This document shows, piece by piece, positions 40,217 through 42,918 of a stretch of DNA of 42,918 nt. Source of the DNA: a virus; IMG/VR virus record IMGVR_UViG_3300034069_000749, positions 1-42,918 of that record; one strand, 5' to 3'. How positions within the stretch are numbered: the first letter of the stretch is position 1; the number at the start of each line of letters is the position of its first letter. The position numbers were made by a program, and so were the translations under genes. The notes beneath the pieces were generated by a model that saw nothing but the letters and a program-made list of their open reading frames with translations, ran no database searches and was not told where the DNA came from.

Positions 40217-40498
40217 TCAATTTTCTTTTGCCCACCAGTGGAATGCGGTGATTGGATCTGTGAACACTGATTCGGCTGGTTCCGCGTCGAGCATCCCTTT
40301 CACCCGCCATCCCACGCTGTCTTGCCTCACGGACGCTTCGGCCCGGAGTAGGGATGTGCGTGCGGTGATGACCCACATGGCTGGTACTTGCTGCGGGTAC
40401 AAACGCAACTCCCACCAGCCTGAGCTCGCAATGACGTCGTGGGCCCAACCGTTCTCGAGGAACAGGTCGAATCCTTTTGGTGCGTTGCTGACTCCCAT
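40217..40498 (-). CDS. Hypothetical 93-aa Trp-rich protein
   Basis: Third-position GC bias. No SD, but CATAACCTGGCA lies 3 nt upstream of the ATG, the same 12-mer as upstream of 42197-42391. Confidence 0.55.
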   Translation of the reverse strand: MGVSNAPKGFDLFLENGWAHDVIASSGWWELRLYPQQVPAMWVITARTSLLRAEASVRQDSVGWRVKGMLDAEPAESVFTDPITAFHWWAKEN

Positions 40499-40505
40499 GA
40501 GTGCC

Positions 40506-40511
40506 AGGTTA
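40506..40511 (-). promoter_or_regulatory. -10-like TAACCT, 7 nt upstream of ATG 40498 (leaderless type)
   Basis: The minus strand reads cccaccagtgggatggcCATAACCTGGCActcATG. The palindrome cccac-ca-gtggg lies just upstream. Confidence 0.4.
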
Positions 40512-40750
40512 TGGCCATCCCACTGGTGGGTGCAGTGACATTGGTTTAAACTGCTTGCTATTGGACCTCCTGGCCGTCAATGTATGGGCGAGGTCTACGG
40601 TCCCGCTAATGCCTGCCAGGGGCAAGGGATCCGTTTTGAAAACAGTCGCGGAACTATTTGCCGGTTCTGGCCGTGGCTGATTTAGGCCGGCTGAGCGGTT
40701 TCACGCGATGGTCTGGCAGGTGAATCCAAGCCAAGCTGTTGCACGAGCCG

Positions 40751-40930
40751 TCACCCCTCATGCCTCCAGTACGAACACTGGTTGCCTCTGAGGGGTGATA
40801 TGTTTTCGTCGGTTGCTCGTGTGAGCACATCTCCGCTGCCATTTTCGGCCTCCGCTTTCGCTGCTGCTCTCGCGTTGACGACTTCCTCGGAATTTTCGTC
40901 GAAGCCCAATTCCCTGAAAAGATTGATCAC
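40751..40930 (-). CDS. Possible 59-aa ORF (not in the ORF track)
   Basis: GTG 40930 lies 4 nt after GGAGG. VINLFRELGFDENSEEVVNARAAAKAEAENGSGDVLTRATDENISPLRGNQCSYWRHEG. Confidence 0.3.
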   Translation of the reverse strand: MINLFRELGFDENSEEVVNARAAAKAEAENGSGDVLTRATDENISPLRGNQCSYWRHEG

Positions 40931-41058
40931 GACGCCTCCAACGGCCCGAACGTATGTGTCTGTTTGAACCAGACTACGCTCCGGCTGGCGTTCAAAGAAT
41001 GACCCAGTTTCTTCGCATGACTAGGCCCGGTGTCGGTGGTTGGGTGGACACTGGTCGC

Positions 41059-41292
41059 ATGACTGAGCGTGACAGGGTACTGCTGGATTTCGAGGACGCG
41101 CATCCGATGCCTGGCCCGTTGAAGGTGGCGGCGATCAGGTTGCAGCTCGGATTGAGTGCGGCCCGGTACCAGCAGCGGCTGATTGGGCTTATGCGGTCGC
41201 GTGAGGCGTTGGAGGGGTGGCCGCAGCTTGTGCACCGTTGGGAGCGGCAAACGGCGGCACAAGCGCGGCTGCGGGCTGTGCGCGGGTTCTAG
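41059..41292 (+). CDS. DUF3263-like protein
   Basis: MTERDRVLLDFE...IRLQLGLSAARYQQRLIGLMRSREALEGWPQLVHRWER matches the actinobacterial DUF3263 pattern. Upstream ATGs at 40999 and 41017 are alternative starts. Confidence 0.65.
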   Translation: MTERDRVLLDFEDAHPMPGPLKVAAIRLQLGLSAARYQQRLIGLMRSREALEGWPQLVHRWERQTAAQARLRAVRGF

Positions 41293-41504
41293 TTACCGAT
41301 CTGCCCAGTGCGGGCCCTGAGCCACTCGGCAACATAACGGCCATTCGGGCTAAATTCGATGGCTTCCTCCGCTGCGTCGAGCAGCGCATGTTTGGCCGCG
41401 TCACGAGCCAAGTCGCGGAGTACCTGGCCCAGCTCGGCGCGCATGATCGGCAAGCCGGCAAGTTCTTCCGTAACGTTGTCCGCGAGTTCGTCACTGGTGG
41501 CCAT
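41289..41504 (-). CDS. Hypothetical protein P3' (paralog of 1906..2190 and of the N-terminus of 1737..1919)
   Basis: ATGgccaccagTGA overlap with the upstream gene; GGGAG SD. MATSDELADN, LARDAAKHALLDAAEEAI. The stop overlaps the DUF3263 stop (CTAG). Confidence 0.7.
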   Translation of the reverse strand: MATSDELADNVTEELAGLPIMRAELGQVLRDLARDAAKHALLDAAEEAIEFSPNGRYVAEWLRARTGQIGN

Positions 41505-41904
41505 CGGTCGCTCCCGTCTGCGCGGCACGGTACGGGTTATCCGGGTCATCCATAGACCGGTCGTTGTACTGCTCTATGCGGTCTCGGACTGCCTGGGCAC
41601 CCTCGTCCCAGGCCTCGGCGCGCACGGCGTCGAGAGCGGATACGGGCCCTTCGAGGACGGCATGGAAGTCATCCCATGCCTGCTCGTACCCTTTGAGGAA
41701 TGCGTGCCGCCTGACGGGTTCGTCGATAGGGACCACTTCGTGACGCTGAGGAATGCGGAGTGCCTGCGCGATCTTCGCTTCGGCGGCGGCCAACTGTTTG
41801 GCTTGCTGCTCGATGAGGTCGGCGGCGTCGGCTTCGAGTTTCCAATCCGTGTACGTCTCGTCACGCAGCAGGTTGACGAGTTCCGCATGGCTGATGTCGG
41901 TCAC
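41491..41904 (-). CDS. Hypothetical protein P2' (mosaic paralog of 678..917, 914..1246 and the end of 1565..1750)
   Basis: ADLIEQQAKQLAAAEAKIAQA, PVSALDAVRAEAWDEG, NPYRAAQTGATDGHQ. Confidence 0.7.
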   Translation of the reverse strand: MTDISHAELVNLLRDETYTDWKLEADAADLIEQQAKQLAAAEAKIAQALRIPQRHEVVPIDEPVRRHAFLKGYEQAWDDFHAVLEGPVSALDAVRAEAWDEGAQAVRDRIEQYNDRSMDDPDNPYRAAQTGATDGHQ

Positions 41905-42200
41905 TGGTCGACCCCCAGAGCAGTGCGGATGCGGGACTTCATGACAGTTACGGCAGCGGGCTCAATTCCGTACATCCGCCAGCCAACGTCCTCAATCACA
42001 CCGTCGAGCAGGGTCAGCAGGTCAGGGAGCGTGGCGAGGTATTCGCCGATGATGTTGGTTCCGTCGTCCTCCACCGCAACGATGCGCCGGCGTGGGAGTA
42101 GACCCCTTGCCTCTCCCAAGGCGAAGGCACCTGGTTCATCCTCAACCAACTTTCGTAACAGACGAACGGGCACTTCCACCGTGGCGGCATTGTCGCTCAT
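41901..42200 (-). CDS. Hypothetical protein P1' (paralog of 352..681)
   Basis: Overlap coupling at both ends. ATVEVPVRLLRKL, PDLLTLLDGVI, ALGVDQ-end. Confidence 0.7.
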   Translation of the reverse strand: MSDNAATVEVPVRLLRKLVEDEPGAFALGEARGLLPRRRIVAVEDDGTNIIGEYLATLPDLLTLLDGVIEDVGWRMYGIEPAAVTVMKSRIRTALGVDQ

Positions 42201-42391
42201 CGCGTTGCCCCTTTCGGAGTGACGGGTGTAGACAGCGCGTCCAGGTCGGTGCGGGCAATCACGATGCGGCGCAGACCGAGCCGGGATGCCGGCAGTGTCC
42301 CGTCGTCGATGAATCTTCTGAGGGTGCTGACGCTGAGCGTCGAGTAGTCGGCTGCCTCTTTGAGGGTGAGCCGCGGTTCGTTCGTGTCCAT
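42197..42391 (-). CDS. HTH_17 excisionase-family DNA-binding protein (candidate Xis/RDF)
   Basis: LTLKEAADYSTLSVSTLRRFIDDGTLPASRLGLRRIVIARTDLDAL. It is the first gene next to attP. Leaderless-type promoter. Confidence 0.7.
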   Translation of the reverse strand: MDTNEPRLTLKEAADYSTLSVSTLRRFIDDGTLPASRLGLRRIVIARTDLDALSTPVTPKGATR

Positions 42392-42397
42392 GCTGCC

Positions 42398-42403
42398 AGG
42401 TTA
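42398..42403 (-). promoter_or_regulatory. -10-like TAACCT, 6 nt upstream of ATG 42391 (leaderless type)
   Basis: The minus strand reads actccatttggagtCATAACCTGGCAgcATG. The palindrome actcca-tt-tggagt lies just upstream. Confidence 0.4.
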
Positions 42404-42586
42404 TGACTCCAAATGGAGTACCGCAAGTGCTGTTGGGAACTCCTAAGCGCTTACGATCGTCAGTGAATTACCCAAAATTGTTCACTGGCACCTGAACGTA
42501 CCCAGAAATGGGGTGGCGACAACGTCGGCTGCATCAGCGGCTACACTCGGGCTGTTCAGATAAGTGCTGTTCCCAGTGTTTATTTG

Positions 42587-42633
42587 AGCCGCCTGTCGGA
42601 ATCGAACCGACGACCTTCTCATTACGAGTGAGA
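42587..42633 (-). other. 3' portion of tRNA-Thr(CGT) (anticodon arm, variable loop, T arm, acceptor 3' strand): putative attP core
   Basis: The reverse complement reads tctca-ctCGTaa-tgaga aggtc gtcgg-ttcgatt-ccgac aggcggc t. No matching 5' acceptor strand or D arm is present upstream. Confidence 0.7.
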
Positions 42634-42814
42634 AGATATGTCGCCGTTCAGTCTTGCTTTCACCCCAAATAGAGTACTAGGGTGTCCATATGGCCCACCG
42701 GGCACTAGGTGGGCTGCAAGTGATGGCAACACGTTAGGCACCAAGGACAAATGGCCGGAAGAAGAAGATGAAAACTCATTGGTTAATCGACAACGTGAGC
42801 GAGCTGAGGGCCGC

Positions 42815-42918
42815 ATGACTGGGCATTCGGTTGAGTACTTGAACCGCCACGTCGGGCACTGGTTCGCGGTTTGCTCATGTGGCTGGAAGACAAGTGACTT
42901 GGGTTCCTGGTCAGAGGC
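42815..42918 (+). CDS. 5' part of the wrap-around small CDS (continues at bases 96-150)
   Basis: ATG 42815 lies 4 nt after GAGGG. The frame is open to the window end and continues through the repeat copy. An upstream in-frame ATG at 42638 is an alternative start. Confidence 0.4.
   Translation, partial: MTGHSVEYLNRHVGHWFAVCSCGWKTSDLGSWSE
42824..42918. repeat. 95-nt terminal direct repeat, copy 2
   Basis: Identical to bases 1-95. Confidence 0.95.

Noticed and set aside
42587-42633. Possible functional phage tRNA gene
   Set aside because: Only the anticodon arm to the acceptor 3' strand is present. The sequence where the D arm and 5' acceptor strand should be does not pair with aggcggc. It is interpreted as the attP core, not a gene.
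1-42918. Search for CRISPR arrays, reverse transcriptase/DGR or retron components, transposases, rRNA and toxin-antitoxin pairs
   Set aside because: I could find no spaced direct-repeat array, no YxDD-type RT motif, no DDE or serine-recombinase signature, no rRNA-like segment and no recognisable TA pair by eye. Absence cannot be proven without HMM searches.

Overview
The window is a complete, circularly closed genome of a temperate siphovirus-type phage or excised prophage. The first 95 nt are repeated exactly as the last 95 nt, leaving about 42.8 kb of unique sequence. The host is a high-GC Gram-positive (Actinobacteria). Host-type evidence is GC-rich codon usage, a LAxTG sortase signal, leaderless-type promoters, a DUF3263 gene and a tRNA-Thr-derived attP.

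Layout:
- (i) 1-2190: a rightward operon of small unknown genes that leads into a tyrosine integrase (2180-3397).
- (ii) 3345-4491: an immunity switch with a leftward XRE repressor plus ImmA/IrrE metalloprotease and a rightward Cro-like gene, separated by only 28 bp.
- (iii) 4488-13789: the early operon. It holds an HTH_17 protein, an HNH endonuclease, a ~520-nt apparently non-coding leader and many translationally coupled micro-ORFs. It also holds a LAxTG wall-anchored protein, a YqaJ exonuclease, RusA, a replisome organiser with internal iterons, and SSB.
- (iv) 14105-18892: an unusually placed cluster upstream of the packaging genes, containing a beta-helix protein, a tail-fibre-like protein and an SGNH-FN3 protein.
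- (v) 19019-36971: HNH, a cos-like region, TerS, TerL, portal, MuF, scaffold, major capsid protein, connectors, major tail protein, a -1 frameshifted chaperone, a 1252-aa tape measure and the distal tail genes. This block is interrupted by a free-standing HNH gene and by a reverse-strand membrane-protein gene.
- (vi) 36968-38081: a reverse-strand SGNH lipoprotein plus zinc-finger operon with a divergent HTH gene.
- (vii) 38156-40097: the lysis cassette.
- (viii) 40150-42918: an accessory island, then a leftward operon headed by an Xis-like HTH, then an attP region carrying the 3' part of tRNA-Thr(CGT).

The most unusual feature is that the leftward operon at 41289-42391 and the rightward operon at 352-2190 are mirror-image paralogous gene sets that diverge from attP. 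I found no rRNA, no complete tRNA, no CRISPR array, no reverse transcriptase and no transposase. All functional calls come from motif recognition by eye, and no database search was possible.
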